A stretch of DNA of 64,000 nt from an uncultured Acidobacteriota bacterium (GCA_963836075.1 CAWIIB010000001.1:672001-736000), one strand, 5' to 3'. Positions 31,630 to 41,586 are shown, numbered from the stretch's first letter. A program made the numbers and translations. Notes: generated by a model from the sequence alone, not told the origin.

Positions 31630-33810
31630 TCAGGGAGCATTGGCCACCACCACGTTCGTCTTCGCGGACGTGTCGCCCGAGGGCGGGTACGGCGGCTGGT
31701 TGTACGGAGAAGGCGTCACGTCCTCGGCAGACAACACGAAGGTGTTGTCTCCGATAACGGTGGCCAGCGCCGGGAAGTTCACCGGGAACTGCTTGAAGAA
31801 GGTGACCCCCGGAGCGATGTTGGTGTAACCGGCACGCCACGGGTTGAAGAAGGTGCCGTTACCGATGGTCACCGCGATCCGGAAGGAAACCCGGCGGGTG
31901 TAGACCGCGCCGCCGGAGAGCAGGTTGGACAGGGAGATCCGGTGGGTCGAGGGGAAGGGCACCGTGCCCACCAGCGGGGTGATCGTGTAGTCACAGTCGA
32001 TGGTACCGCCCATCGCGTTGTTGTAGACGGTGACGTTGTCGATCATCCAGCCGGAGTAGCTGGCAACCGAACTGTCGGAACCGAAGGCGAAGCGGATCTT
32101 GACGTCAGTGTTCAGCCACATCGGATCGGTGAAGTCCCAGCAGTCGGTGACCCAGCCGCCGGAGTTGCCGGTGAAGCCGGCGCGGCCGGCAACCCAGGTG
32201 CATCCTGCGGTGGCGGTGATCGTACCATCGGTGCCATCGAGAGGCTCGAAGTTGTAATACCAGAAGTCGTCGGTGGTGAACCAGACCACACCGCCGTCCC
32301 AGCCGGTCTCGATGTCGTAGCACTGGTCGAAGCAGACGAATCCGCCCTTGTCGTCCATGGCGATGCCGGGGGTGTCGAGCAGCCAGCAGGCGTTGTTGAC
32401 GTAGTCGCCGTTGAGGCCGGTGGCCCAGACGTTGCCGTCAGCCGTGTCGAAGCAGGGACCGTAAGTGGGGGCGCCCCACTCCCAGCCGCCGGTGCCGTCG
32501 ACGATGAAGCCGCCGTCGTCGCCCTCGAAGTCCCAGATCACTTCGATGTTGGTGTAGCCCTGGATCATGCAGCACTCGTTGCTGCAGGACGAATCGGTAC
32601 CCACAACGCCACAGACGTAGTAGCAGTGGTAGCCCTTCTCAACGGGGTCCACGACGATGGTGGTGGCCGTACCGCCGAGGGTGGCGACCAGGGTATCGTC
32701 CTGGTAAACGAGGACGTTGTCGTAGGTGTCGTTGTTGACCCAGTTGAGCACCGCAGTGGTGCCAACGGATTCGCAGAGCAGGTCGGAGGGACCGGCGATG
32801 CAGCTGATGTCCACGTCCAGCTGGAAGTCGCCGGAACCGCCGCCGGTGCGGCCGTCAACGATGATGTAGTAGGTCTCGGTCGTAGTGTCGCTGAAGCAGA
32901 AGGTCTCGTCCATGCCGCCGGCCAGCCAGCCGCTGGCGCCGGCCACGCAGGTGCCATTGACATCGGCACAGTCGGTGACCATGTAAACGCCGCCGTTCCA
33001 GGTCATCGCGCTCTGATTCAGGGTGACACAGACTTCGCAGTTGGCCGGCAGGGTGACGGTGTAGGTAACGTCCTTGTCGGCATGGGCCAAACCGCCCACG
33101 CAGGCCGCGCTGCAGTCGTAGTCATTGGTGGCCAGGGAGGTGCTGCCGGTATACATGGTGGCGCCGGGGGTGCCCGGAATCACGATGGCGCCGGCACAGG
33201 TGTCGTTGGCCGGAGGCGGATCATCGGTGACCACCAGGTACGGCACGTTGGCGTCGAGGTGACCGTCGATCTCCAGGTAGTAGGTAGCAACGGTGTCACG
33301 GCTGGCAGCGCCAATGGTGAACCAGTCCTGGGTCAGGGCGGCCATCAGGTCGGCGTTGGCCGTGCCGCCGAGCACCAGCGCCTTCCAGCCGGGGGCATAG
33401 GTGCTGGCCTCGTTCTGGTAATTGTAGTAGCCGACCGATTTCTCAGCCTGGGCATCGTCCCACAGCGCCGCGGCGGTGGAGGGCAGGGGCACCGGGTTGA
33501 GGGCCACCGGAGTGACACTCCAGTAGGGATAGTAGGTCAGGTTGACGTAGAAGTTGAACTCAATGGCGGTGACCGCAGTTGCGTCGGGGATGCTGCTCAC
33601 GTCAAACTTGAAGTAACCGGTCTCCATCCTGGGGGTGCCGGTGGCGAGACCGCCATAGACCAGCGCTTCGTTATTGTTCTTGGAAGCGTAGTCGGTGTAA
33701 CCGGTGGTGTTGGTCTCCGTGGTGGGGTAGACCGTGTAGCTCGCGGCCATGGCGCCCGTGGCACCCAGCCCCAGAACCAGCAAAACAGCGATAAGATGTC
33801 TGATCCTCAT
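31630..33810 (-). CDS. secreted multidomain Cys/Asp/Thr-rich surface protein
   Basis: RBS AGGAG, signal peptide MRIRHLIAVLLVLGLGATGAMA; PANDTC/PPC-like, FN3-like and jelly-roll-like (WDFE...WEWG.P...YDIETGWDGG...GW.IDNV) segments. Confidence 0.8.
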   Translation of the reverse strand: MRIRHLIAVLLVLGLGATGAMAASYTVYPTTETNTTGYTDYASKNNNEALVYGGLATGTPRMETGYFKFDVSSIPDATAVTAIEFNFYVNLTYYPYWSVTPVALNPVPLPSTAAALWDDAQAEKSVGYYNYQNEASTYAPGWKALVLGGTANADLMAALTQDWFTIGAASRDTVATYYLEIDGHLDANVPYLVVTDDPPPANDTCAGAIVIPGTPGATMYTGSTSLATNDYDCSAACVGGLAHADKDVTYTVTLPANCEVCVTLNQSAMTWNGGVYMVTDCADVNGTCVAGASGWLAGGMDETFCFSDTTTETYYIIVDGRTGGGSGDFQLDVDISCIAGPSDLLCESVGTTAVLNWVNNDTYDNVLVYQDDTLVATLGGTATTIVVDPVEKGYHCYYVCGVVGTDSSCSNECCMIQGYTNIEVIWDFEGDDGGFIVDGTGGWEWGAPTYGPCFDTADGNVWATGLNGDYVNNACWLLDTPGIAMDDKGGFVCFDQCYDIETGWDGGVVWFTTDDFWYYNFEPLDGTDGTITATAGCTWVAGRAGFTGNSGGWVTDCWDFTDPMWLNTDVKIRFAFGSDSSVASYSGWMIDNVTVYNNAMGGTIDCDYTITPLVGTVPFPSTHRISLSNLLSGGAVYTRRVSFRIAVTIGNGTFFNPWRAGYTNIAPGVTFFKQFPVNFPALATVIGDNTFVLSAEDVTPSPYNQPPYPPSGDTSAKTNVVVANAP

Positions 33811-34345
33811 TGCTTCTCCTGTGGAGTAGTTGCGACCCGGCGTTTCTCTGTGTGCCGGTGACGCATTACAGGGTTTGGGAACTTGCAACGAATCGGACGA
33901 AACGGTATCTCTAGGAACAACAGCCGCCTGTGCGTGTTCACCTCCTTTGTTTTCGTTCGTCATGCGACTGTTGGCGAGAAATAATTGATAAAACGGCTGA
34001 ACACAGCCGAAGAACAGGGATTTCCCTGCTCATGCTTCCCGCATGTAAAGGAATAAAAAGATGTCTTGTGCCGGGGGACTTGTGTCCGAGCACGGGAGAA
34101 ACAGCTTTCACTACAAAACCACACAGCTTTGTGAAATACGATTCCACCGGAGCGGGCGAGATGGACTGTTCCAGACGCAACTCCGGAAATACCGAGTAGG
34201 CTGACTATAGAACATTCCATGCAAAAATGCAAGCATTGTTCATCTTGGCCGGTTCGGCGTAATCCCCGGCACCCGCAGGCGATACCCGGCTTGGGGAACC
34301 TCAAGCGGCAGCCGTGCGTTATGTGTAGTAGCGGGAAGAGGGCCG

Positions 34346-34374
34346 TTGACAGCAAAGCGGCCCCGTGTTATATT
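34346..34374 (+). promoter_or_regulatory. sigma70-type promoter
   Basis: TTGACA-N17-TATATT with a TG extension. Confidence 0.7.
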
Positions 34375-34461
34375 CTGTTTTGAGCATAACTCTAATCAGA
34401 TCAATGAATTCAAAGCGTTTCTCCTCCCCTGCGGGCGGAGATCGCCATCCGGAGATGCGTC

Positions 34462-35781
34462 ATGGCCCACGACCATCGAACAGACGACCAGGAGAGCCTC
34501 TTCCCCTCCGATGACGGCAAAGAACAGGAAGAACAGCGGGATGACCGCTCTGACCTCTCCTCCCAGGAGGAGCGGCTGCGCAATGGTGATATCTCGTTCC
34601 GACCGGTTTCGCTTCCCGGCTCGCCGCAGGAACCGGCGGCGAGCCGGGGCGGCAGCGGCGGCACCGCGCTGATGATCGTTGCCGCCATCATCGTGGTATT
34701 CCTGCTGACCTATGTCATCTACACCTTCTACTCCCCTTCCCACTCCGGGCAGGAGGAGGCCGCCACCGAACCGGCCGGGGTGCCCGCCGTGGAGGAAGAG
34801 GCTTCCACCTCCGACCGGGAGCGTGAGCGGTTGCCGGAGGAGCCGACGGCCATGTTCCAGGCCCACTCCGAGCTCCAGGAAAAATTCCGCCTGTCCGAAG
34901 TACGGATCGCCGAACTGGAGGCCGAGATCAGGACGCTGAGCGAAGCCAGCCCGGCCCCGGTCCCGGCGGGCGGGTCGGCAGCGGTGGACCAGAACCGTCT
35001 GGACCGGCTGGAGGAGGAGAACCGGACTCTGAAAGCCGGACTGGAACAGCAGCGCCGGGAGAGCGAATCGGCGGTGTCCAAAGCCGAACGGCTGGTGGAG
35101 CGGGCCGAAGCCCAGGTCACCGAGGAACGGGGCAAAACCCGTACCGCCCGGCAGGACGCCGAGACCCTGGCCGGGGAGAAGGCTGCCCTGACCGGGGAGC
35201 TGGACACCCTGAAAGAGCAGGTGGCCGAGCTGGAAGCAGAGCTGGCCCGGCGCAACGAGGAATACGAAATGTTGACCGCCAACGCCACCACCCGGCTGGA
35301 AGGAGAATCGGAGGCAGTGCGGCAACTGATCAGCCGGCACGCCACAGAACTGGAGCGGGAGCGGCAGGCAACCCGGGAGAAGGAGGCGGAGATCCGGCGC
35401 CTCAACGGGTTGATCGCCCGTCTATCGGTGGAGGAGACCGGCTCGGGGCGTCAGGCCAGCAGTAGCCCCCCGGCCGGCTCGTCTTCCACCGGTTCCGCCG
35501 GCGCCACCGACGCTCTCACCCCGCCCAGGATCCTCACCCGCAGCGCTCCGGAGTACCCCATGAACGCCCGTCGGCTGAAGGTGGAGGGAACCGTGCTGCT
35601 CAACGTGCTGGTGGGAACCAACGGCCTGGTGCGGGAAGTGAAGGTGCTGGAGGCAGACGGCGGCAAGCTGCTCTCCCCTGCCGCGGTGGAGGCCGTGCGG
35701 AAGTGGACCTTCACCCCGGCCACCCGCGGCGGACGGCCGGTGGAGTGCTGGCACAAGGTGCCGATCAGGTTTGCCCTCTGA
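34462..35781 (+). CDS. TonB C-terminal domain protein with TM anchor and long coiled coil
   Basis: Single TM, heptad E/R-rich region, PEYP..ARRLKVEGTVLL...AAVEAVRKWTFTPA...G.PV. Confidence 0.85.
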   Translation: MAHDHRTDDQESLFPSDDGKEQEEQRDDRSDLSSQEERLRNGDISFRPVSLPGSPQEPAASRGGSGGTALMIVAAIIVVFLLTYVIYTFYSPSHSGQEEAATEPAGVPAVEEEASTSDRERERLPEEPTAMFQAHSELQEKFRLSEVRIAELEAEIRTLSEASPAPVPAGGSAAVDQNRLDRLEEENRTLKAGLEQQRRESESAVSKAERLVERAEAQVTEERGKTRTARQDAETLAGEKAALTGELDTLKEQVAELEAELARRNEEYEMLTANATTRLEGESEAVRQLISRHATELERERQATREKEAEIRRLNGLIARLSVEETGSGRQASSSPPAGSSSTGSAGATDALTPPRILTRSAPEYPMNARRLKVEGTVLLNVLVGTNGLVREVKVLEADGGKLLSPAAVEAVRKWTFTPATRGGRPVECWHKVPIRFAL

Positions 35782-36259
35782 CCTCGGCGCTCAGGCGGTT
35801 GAAGGTCCCTTCCAGCGTTTCGGGCAACACCTTGGTCTCCCCGATCACCGCCATGGCGCTGGTGTCCCCGGTCCATCGCGGCACCAGGTGCATGTGCAGA
35901 TGGCCCACCACACCGGCACCGGCACAGGCTCCGATATTCAGGCCGATGTTCATCCCTTCCGGGCGATAGGACGCGAACAGGGCCTTTTCGGCCCGGGCAG
36001 TGGCTTCCATCAGCCCGGCCCGTTCCTCCACGGTGAGGTCCTCCAGCCGGGCCGCATGACGGTGCGGCGCCGCCATCAGGTGCCCGGAGTTGTAAGGGTA
36101 GCGGTTGAGCATGATCAGCATCCCGCCGCCGCGCCAGAGCACCAGGTTCTCGCGATCCATGTCCGCCTCCTCCCAGACCCGGCAGAAGAGGCAGCCCTTC
36201 TCCTTCTCCCCCTCGATATAGTTCATCCGCCAGGGTGTGTACATCTGATCGAAACCCAT
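35765..36259 (-). CDS. HIT-family hydrolase
   Basis: PWRMNYI, CLFC, NRYPYNSGHLM, HLHMHLVPRW histidine triad. Confidence 0.9.
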   Translation of the reverse strand: MGFDQMYTPWRMNYIEGEKEKGCLFCRVWEEADMDRENLVLWRGGGMLIMLNRYPYNSGHLMAAPHRHAARLEDLTVEERAGLMEATARAEKALFASYRPEGMNIGLNIGACAGAGVVGHLHMHLVPRWTGDTSAMAVIGETKVLPETLEGTFNRLSAEVRGQT

Positions 36260-36261
36260 CT

Positions 36262-37401
36262 TCACACCCCCTTTCCGACCGCCGGTCCCCGGTCCCCCAG
36301 GAACGGCTCCAGCCGGGCCAGCAGCCTGGTGAACGCGGGCAGGTCCAGCTGCTGGCCGCTGTCGGAGAGGGCCTCCCGCGGCCGGTGGTGAACTTCCACC
36401 ATCAGGCCGTCGGCCCCGGCGGCCAGGGCCGCGCGGGAGACCGGCACAACGATATCCTTGCGGCCGGTGGAGTGGCTGACGTCCACCAGCACCGGCAGGT
36501 GGCTCTCCGTCTTGAGGATCGGCACCGCCGAGATGTCGAGGGTGTTGCGGGTCCAGCGCTCGAAGGTCCGGATGCCACGCTCGCAGAGGATGATCCGCTC
36601 GTTGCCCCGGTGGTAGACATACTCGGCGGCCTGCAGGAACTCCTCCAGGGTGGCCATGAACCCCCGCTTGATCAGCAGCGGCTTGCTGCAGCGGCCCAGC
36701 TCCTTGAGCAGTTCGTAGTTGAACATGTTGCGGGTTCCCACCTGCAGGATGTCGGCGTGATCGGCCACCAGTCCCACGTCTCGCGGGTCGAGGACCTCGG
36801 TCACGGTGAGCAGCCCGTGCTTGGCGGCCACCAGTTGCAGGATCTCCAGGCCGCGCTCCTTGAGCCCCTGGAAGCTGTAGGGCGAGGTCCGCGGCTTGAA
36901 CGCCCCGCCCCGCAGTACCCGGATCCCCAGCTTTTTCATCCGTCGGGCCACCCGGTCCAGTTGCTCGAAGCTCTCCACGGCGCAAGGGCCGGCCATGATC
37001 ACCGGCGGGCTGCTGCCGCCGATGGCCAGGTCGTCCACGCGCACCACCGTGTCCCGCTTGCGGTAACTGCGGCTGGTCTTGGCCACCACCCGGGCCAGCT
37101 CGTCGATGTGCCGGGCCGAGGCCTTGAAGATCTCCTTAAACAGCGCCGTGATCACCGCATCGGGGAAGGGCCCGCGGTTCTTCTTCAGGATCAGTTCCAG
37201 CATCATCGACTCGCGCAGCGGATCGTAGGTGACCAGCCCCTGTTCCTTCTTGATCTCGCCGATGCGCTGCACGGTGTCCGCCCGCCGGTTCAACAGATCC
37301 AGCAGCTCGAAGTTCAGACCGTTCACCTCCCGGCGCAGGGACTCGAGCTTGCCCGGGACCCGGGACACCCCGGATTTTTTCTTTCGCTTCTCCGCTGACA
37401 T
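36262..37401 (-). CDS. bifunctional chorismate mutase / DAHP synthase (class Ib)
   Basis: N-terminal AroQ (LRREV...LLNRRA...YDPLRE); AGPCAVES, GGAFKPRTSPYSFQG, ILCERGIRTFE, DVSHSTG. Confidence 0.9.
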   Translation of the reverse strand: MSAEKRKKKSGVSRVPGKLESLRREVNGLNFELLDLLNRRADTVQRIGEIKKEQGLVTYDPLRESMMLELILKKNRGPFPDAVITALFKEIFKASARHIDELARVVAKTSRSYRKRDTVVRVDDLAIGGSSPPVIMAGPCAVESFEQLDRVARRMKKLGIRVLRGGAFKPRTSPYSFQGLKERGLEILQLVAAKHGLLTVTEVLDPRDVGLVADHADILQVGTRNMFNYELLKELGRCSKPLLIKRGFMATLEEFLQAAEYVYHRGNERIILCERGIRTFERWTRNTLDISAVPILKTESHLPVLVDVSHSTGRKDIVVPVSRAALAAGADGLMVEVHHRPREALSDSGQQLDLPAFTRLLARLEPFLGDRGPAVGKGV

Positions 37402-37406
37402 GAGCT

Positions 37407-38705
37407 CTACCCCTTTCCGTGGATCTCATTCCCCCTGCCGGCGCCGGCGCCCGGCTCCGGGTGGAGCATGAAGGGCAGATCCTTGCGAAACCCCAGCCTC
37501 GCCCGGATCCGGTCCAGCAGTCCCGGCGGGTCTCCGACCACCAGCCGTTCCACCTGGCCGCCGCCGGAGGCGAGACGCACCCGGCTGAACGGCCTGCCTG
37601 CCGCCTCGAACAGCGGCAGGTGCTCGGTCCGGCCCAGCAAGGGCCGGCCGCCGCACAGCAGCAGGTAAATGTCCGTCGCGCCGGCGTCAACCAGGGCGGC
37701 ATACGGATCGCCCACCGGCCCTTCCGGCGCCAAACAAAGAATGTCCGCCTGAAAACCCTCGGCCAGACGGCCCACCAGGCGCTCCATCCGCAGGGCGCGG
37801 GCCGCGTTGACCGTCACCATGCGGAAGAGTTCCCGGGCCGGCAACGCCTCCCCGTAGCGCTCATTGTAGCAGGTGCGGGCCACCCGCATCTCCTGCAGCA
37901 GTCCGGATGTTCCGGTGAACAGGGAGTCGGTGCCCAGGCAGACGTTCACCCCGGTCCGCCGCAACTGCCTGATGTCGGTGGTCTTGCCGAACATGAACAG
38001 GTTGGAACCGGGACACCAGGCAAGGCTGGCCCCCCGCCGGGCGGTCAGGGCTGCGTCCCGGGCGGTGAAGGCCACCCCGTGGATCAGCAGGGTGTGCGGC
38101 CCCAGGGCCCCGAGGGTGTCCAGTGTCTCCAACTCGGCCCGGGTCTCCGGATCGTGCCCCTCGCCAGCGTGAACCATGAACGGCTGGTCCCGGTCACCGG
38201 CCCGGGCATACTCCACCGCGGGCCCGTCCCCCCAGCGCAGCCGGAACGAGGCCACCGAGTGGGCCAGGCAGTATGGCGCCGCCACCCGCACCGGCATGGC
38301 ATGGAGATGGGGGGCTGAGATGTGCGGCGGAATGTGATCGGCCACGGTGGTGACCCCGGAGAGGATCGATTTCAGTCCGGCCAGCTGGTACACCGTGCCC
38401 GCGTCGATCATGTTCCGCTGCCGGAACACCGCTGACCGCTTGAGGTCGTTGTCCCAGTGCAGCCAGTTGAGATACGGGCCGAACCCCACCCGCGGCTGAA
38501 AGGTGCCGATGAGGTGGTCGTGGGCGTTGACCAGACCTGGATAGAGCAGCGCCGTGGGCGGCAGGGAGAGCGGGTACACGCCGTCCCCGGAATCAGCCGG
38601 GCCGTCCAGGGCCTCGATCAGCCCCAAAGCGCCGGCGCGAATCCGGCCGTTGGCCTGCGTCCCCTCCGCCGTGACACGAAGACCGTTGATCAGTTCCAGG
38701 ATCAC
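37407..38705 (-). CDS. amidohydrolase-family protein
   Basis: PGLVNAHDH, SGVTTVADH, HAGEG, IHGV, WCPGSN, LGTDS; GTG 38705 chosen as start because TTGACG-N18-TATACT lies just upstream. Confidence 0.8.
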   Translation of the reverse strand: MILELINGLRVTAEGTQANGRIRAGALGLIEALDGPADSGDGVYPLSLPPTALLYPGLVNAHDHLIGTFQPRVGFGPYLNWLHWDNDLKRSAVFRQRNMIDAGTVYQLAGLKSILSGVTTVADHIPPHISAPHLHAMPVRVAAPYCLAHSVASFRLRWGDGPAVEYARAGDRDQPFMVHAGEGHDPETRAELETLDTLGALGPHTLLIHGVAFTARDAALTARRGASLAWCPGSNLFMFGKTTDIRQLRRTGVNVCLGTDSLFTGTSGLLQEMRVARTCYNERYGEALPARELFRMVTVNAARALRMERLVGRLAEGFQADILCLAPEGPVGDPYAALVDAGATDIYLLLCGGRPLLGRTEHLPLFEAAGRPFSRVRLASGGGQVERLVVGDPPGLLDRIRARLGFRKDLPFMLHPEPGAGAGRGNEIHGKG

Positions 38706-38954
38706 GTCAGATAACCCCGCTCGATATACTGCCCACGTTCCCAAAAAGTATATTGGCGCACTCCGGGCCCCGTCAATTGACCGGCGGCGGGACCGCTTCC
38801 CATATTTTCCATCTGGATCGCTAATGAAAAGTCTTCCATCGGGCGATACGTTAGAGTGAGGTTGTTCGACCGGCCCGCCGGGAAGCCGGTTCAAAGCCGG
38901 CGAGCCCGGGGGTCAACGGCGGTATTTCTTCCGCCTGTTCTGTAGAGGGGCAGC

Positions 38955-39347
38955 ATGAAGGACACAGCGTCAACGGTTATCGATACCGGCCACAAGGACA
39001 TCACGGCCAGTGTCCGGAAAAGCCGCAGAAACAAGGCGCGGATGGAACTCAATGTGAAGGTCGAATACCGTACCCTCGACGCCGTGTTGTGGAACTTCTC
39101 CACCAACATCAACGAGGGCGGGATCTTCATCCGGTCCAACCGGCCCCAGCCGCCGGGAACCGTGGTTCACCTCCGCTTCTTTCTCCCCGACGTGCTCAAG
39201 GCGATCCATGTGGAGGGAGAGGTGGTCTGGTGCAACGACGACCCCCAGGCCGGGGAGTGCGGGATGGGTATCGAGTTCCATGAACTGCGCGGCGGGGACA
39301 AGCGGCTGATCGACCAGCTGATCACCGGTAAACGCATGGAGGACTGA
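38955..39347 (+). CDS. PilZ domain protein (TIGR02266-like)
   Basis: RRNKAR (RxxxR), NINEGG, GEVVW, GMGIEF. Confidence 0.85.
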   Translation: MKDTASTVIDTGHKDITASVRKSRRNKARMELNVKVEYRTLDAVLWNFSTNINEGGIFIRSNRPQPPGTVVHLRFFLPDVLKAIHVEGEVVWCNDDPQAGECGMGIEFHELRGGDKRLIDQLITGKRMED

Positions 39348-39362
39348 GACCCGCCCGGGCGC

Positions 39363-40959
39363 TCACTCCTCTTCCCCCACCAGCAGCCGTGCCATGCCGC
39401 GGCAGCGCAGCCGCTCCTCCAGGACCCCGGTGGATCCGGCCGGCCGGCCGGCAAAGGGCCGCCCCAGATCATTCCAGGACCACGGTCTGTCCGCCCCCAG
39501 CAGCGTCTCCATCTCCTGCCCCAGCTGCGGCAGCACCGGTGTGAGCAGAATGGCCAGGTCGCGGCAGACGGACAGCACGGGGCTCGAGCCGTCCTGCGCC
39601 GCTCGAACCAGTTCCCGCACTCCGGCCAGCGCCCGCTGGCAATCGATCCGCGCGTAGGCCTCGCCGATGCCGGCATAGAGCTGGAGCAGCGCCTCGGGCA
39701 CCGGCGCCGTGGCGGACAACCTGCCGCTGCCACCCCCCGTCTCAAGGGATTCGCCGATGAACCGCAGGATCTGTCCCCCCAGTTCCTCGTTCACTCTGGC
39801 CGCTAACCGGCCCGGGCTGATGTCGATCTCCTCCAGCCCGGGGCCCATCCGGCTGGCCAGTGCATAGCGCAGGCACTCGGGGTCGGCGCCGGCCGCCAGG
39901 TTCCGGGCGATGATCCGCGGCCCGTGCCGGCCGGCCACCCGCCGGCCGTCCAGGTTGAGAAACCCCTGGGCCACGATCCTGTCGGGCAGGCTGAAATCGG
40001 CCCCCATCAGCATCGCCGGCCAGAACAGGGTGTGGAAGGCGATGATGTCCCGGCGGACGAACTGCACGATCTCGCTCTCCCCGTCGTGCCAGGTACGGTT
40101 CCCGTCCCGGCCCGGACCGGGGGCCGTGGCCCGCCGTGCCCGACAGGTAGCCCAGCGGGGCATCGAGCCAGACACAGAAGAATTTTTTTAGTTCCCCGGG
40201 AACCGGGAACCCGAAGTAGGGCCCGTCCCGGCTGATGCACCAGTCGTCCAGCCCCTCCCGCAGCCGGCCGGCCACCCACTGCTCCACTTCCGGCTGCAGC
40301 CCGCCGCCGGAGCGGACCCAGGAAGTCAGCCGGCCGGAGAACTCGCTGAGCCGGAAAAAGTAGTGGCGCGAGAGACGCTGCTCCGGTTCGGCCCCACAGG
40401 TCGGGCAGCGGGTCGACTGTGTGTGGGATGGGTGGTCGGTGCCGCTGCAGACCGGGCAGAGCATACCGTTGCGCACCGCGGCTCCGCACCCGGGACAGCG
40501 ACCGCGGTCAAAACGGTCGGGGAGGAAGCGGCGGCAGCAGCCGCAGTAGTCGAGGAGGACCTCCTTCTCGTAGATATACCCTTTTTCCTTCAGCCGGTTG
40601 AACACCAGCACACTCAGTTCCCGGTTGTTCTCGCCATGGGTGGAGCAGAAGGTGTCGAACTCGATGTGCAGCGAGCCAAAATCGTGCAGGTGCTCTTCGT
40701 GGTAGTGGTCGGCCAGCTGTTTCGGCGGCACCCCTTCGGCAGCGGCGCTCATCCGCACCTCGGTGCCGTGGCTGTCCGCGCCGCCGATGAAGATCGCCTC
40801 CCGTCCCGCCAGCCGCAGGAATCGGGCGTAGATGTCGGCCTGCAGGGCATCCACCAGCTGGCCCAGCATCAGGGGGCTGCTGGCGTAGGGGAAAGAGCTG
40901 GTCAGCAGGACCCTCCGCGACATCTCGGCGGAACTGTACGGCCGGGGGACGGCGGTCAT
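39363..40959 (-). CDS. methionyl-tRNA synthetase-like paralog with degenerate catalytic motifs; apparent +1 frameshift at about 40092
   Basis: DIYARFLRL, GADSHGT, four CxxC pairs, HYFFRLS, WCISRDGPYFG, WLDAPLGY, DIIAFHTLFWPAML. HIGH position reads MLGQ and KMSKS position reads RVAGR. Confidence 0.8.
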
Positions 40960-41073
40960 GGTACTTGATTCTCCGGTTCGGGTTTCTTCCTCGAGCGACG
41001 TATGGTATTACAACAGCTTGCCGCGGGTAAACCCGGGCCGGCCAGCGGCCCGCTGCTGCGGATTCGAGGCCCG

Positions 41074-41586
41074 ATGACCACACATGAAGATGATACCACC
41101 TGCCGCCTGCGGCCGTTCCGGCCCGACGACCTGCCGCAGCTGGTGCGGCTGGACCGCCGCTGTTTCTCCCCCGACATCGCCTACGACCACTCCGAGATGG
41201 TCTACCACCTCACCGCCCCCCGCCACACCTGTCTGCTGGCCGTCCCCCGGGACGACTCCACTCCCGCACTGCTCGGTTTCGTCATCGTTGCCGTGGGGAA
41301 AGCGAGCCGGGAGGGGCAGATCGTCACCATCGACGTGGACCCCGATGCCCGCCGCCGGGGCATCGGCCGGCGGCTGCTGCTGGCCGCGGAAAAGCTGCTG
41401 GCCGGCCGCCGCAACCGGTCGGTGCGGCTGCAGGTGGCCGAGGACAACGCCGGCGCCCAAAGGTTTTACGAGGAGATGGGCTACCAGCAGGCGGGGCGCC
41501 ACCCCGGCTATTACGCCGACGGGACCAACGCCATCGAGATGGTCAAGAAACTCAGCGCACCGGGAAACAGACGTAGCGCAGAATGA
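41074..41586 (+). CDS. GNAT acetyltransferase (RimI-like)
   Basis: TIDVDPDARRRGIGRRLL, LQVAEDN..AQRFYE.MGY, GYYADG. Confidence 0.85.
   Translation: MTTHEDDTTCRLRPFRPDDLPQLVRLDRRCFSPDIAYDHSEMVYHLTAPRHTCLLAVPRDDSTPALLGFVIVAVGKASREGQIVTIDVDPDARRRGIGRRLLLAAEKLLAGRRNRSVRLQVAEDNAGAQRFYEEMGYQQAGRHPGYYADGTNAIEMVKKLSAPGNRRSAE

Noticed and set aside
33811-34345. Known riboswitch (for example c-di-GMP-I) in the long intergenic region
   Set aside because: I could not find the conserved motifs on either strand by eye. An Rfam scan would settle it.
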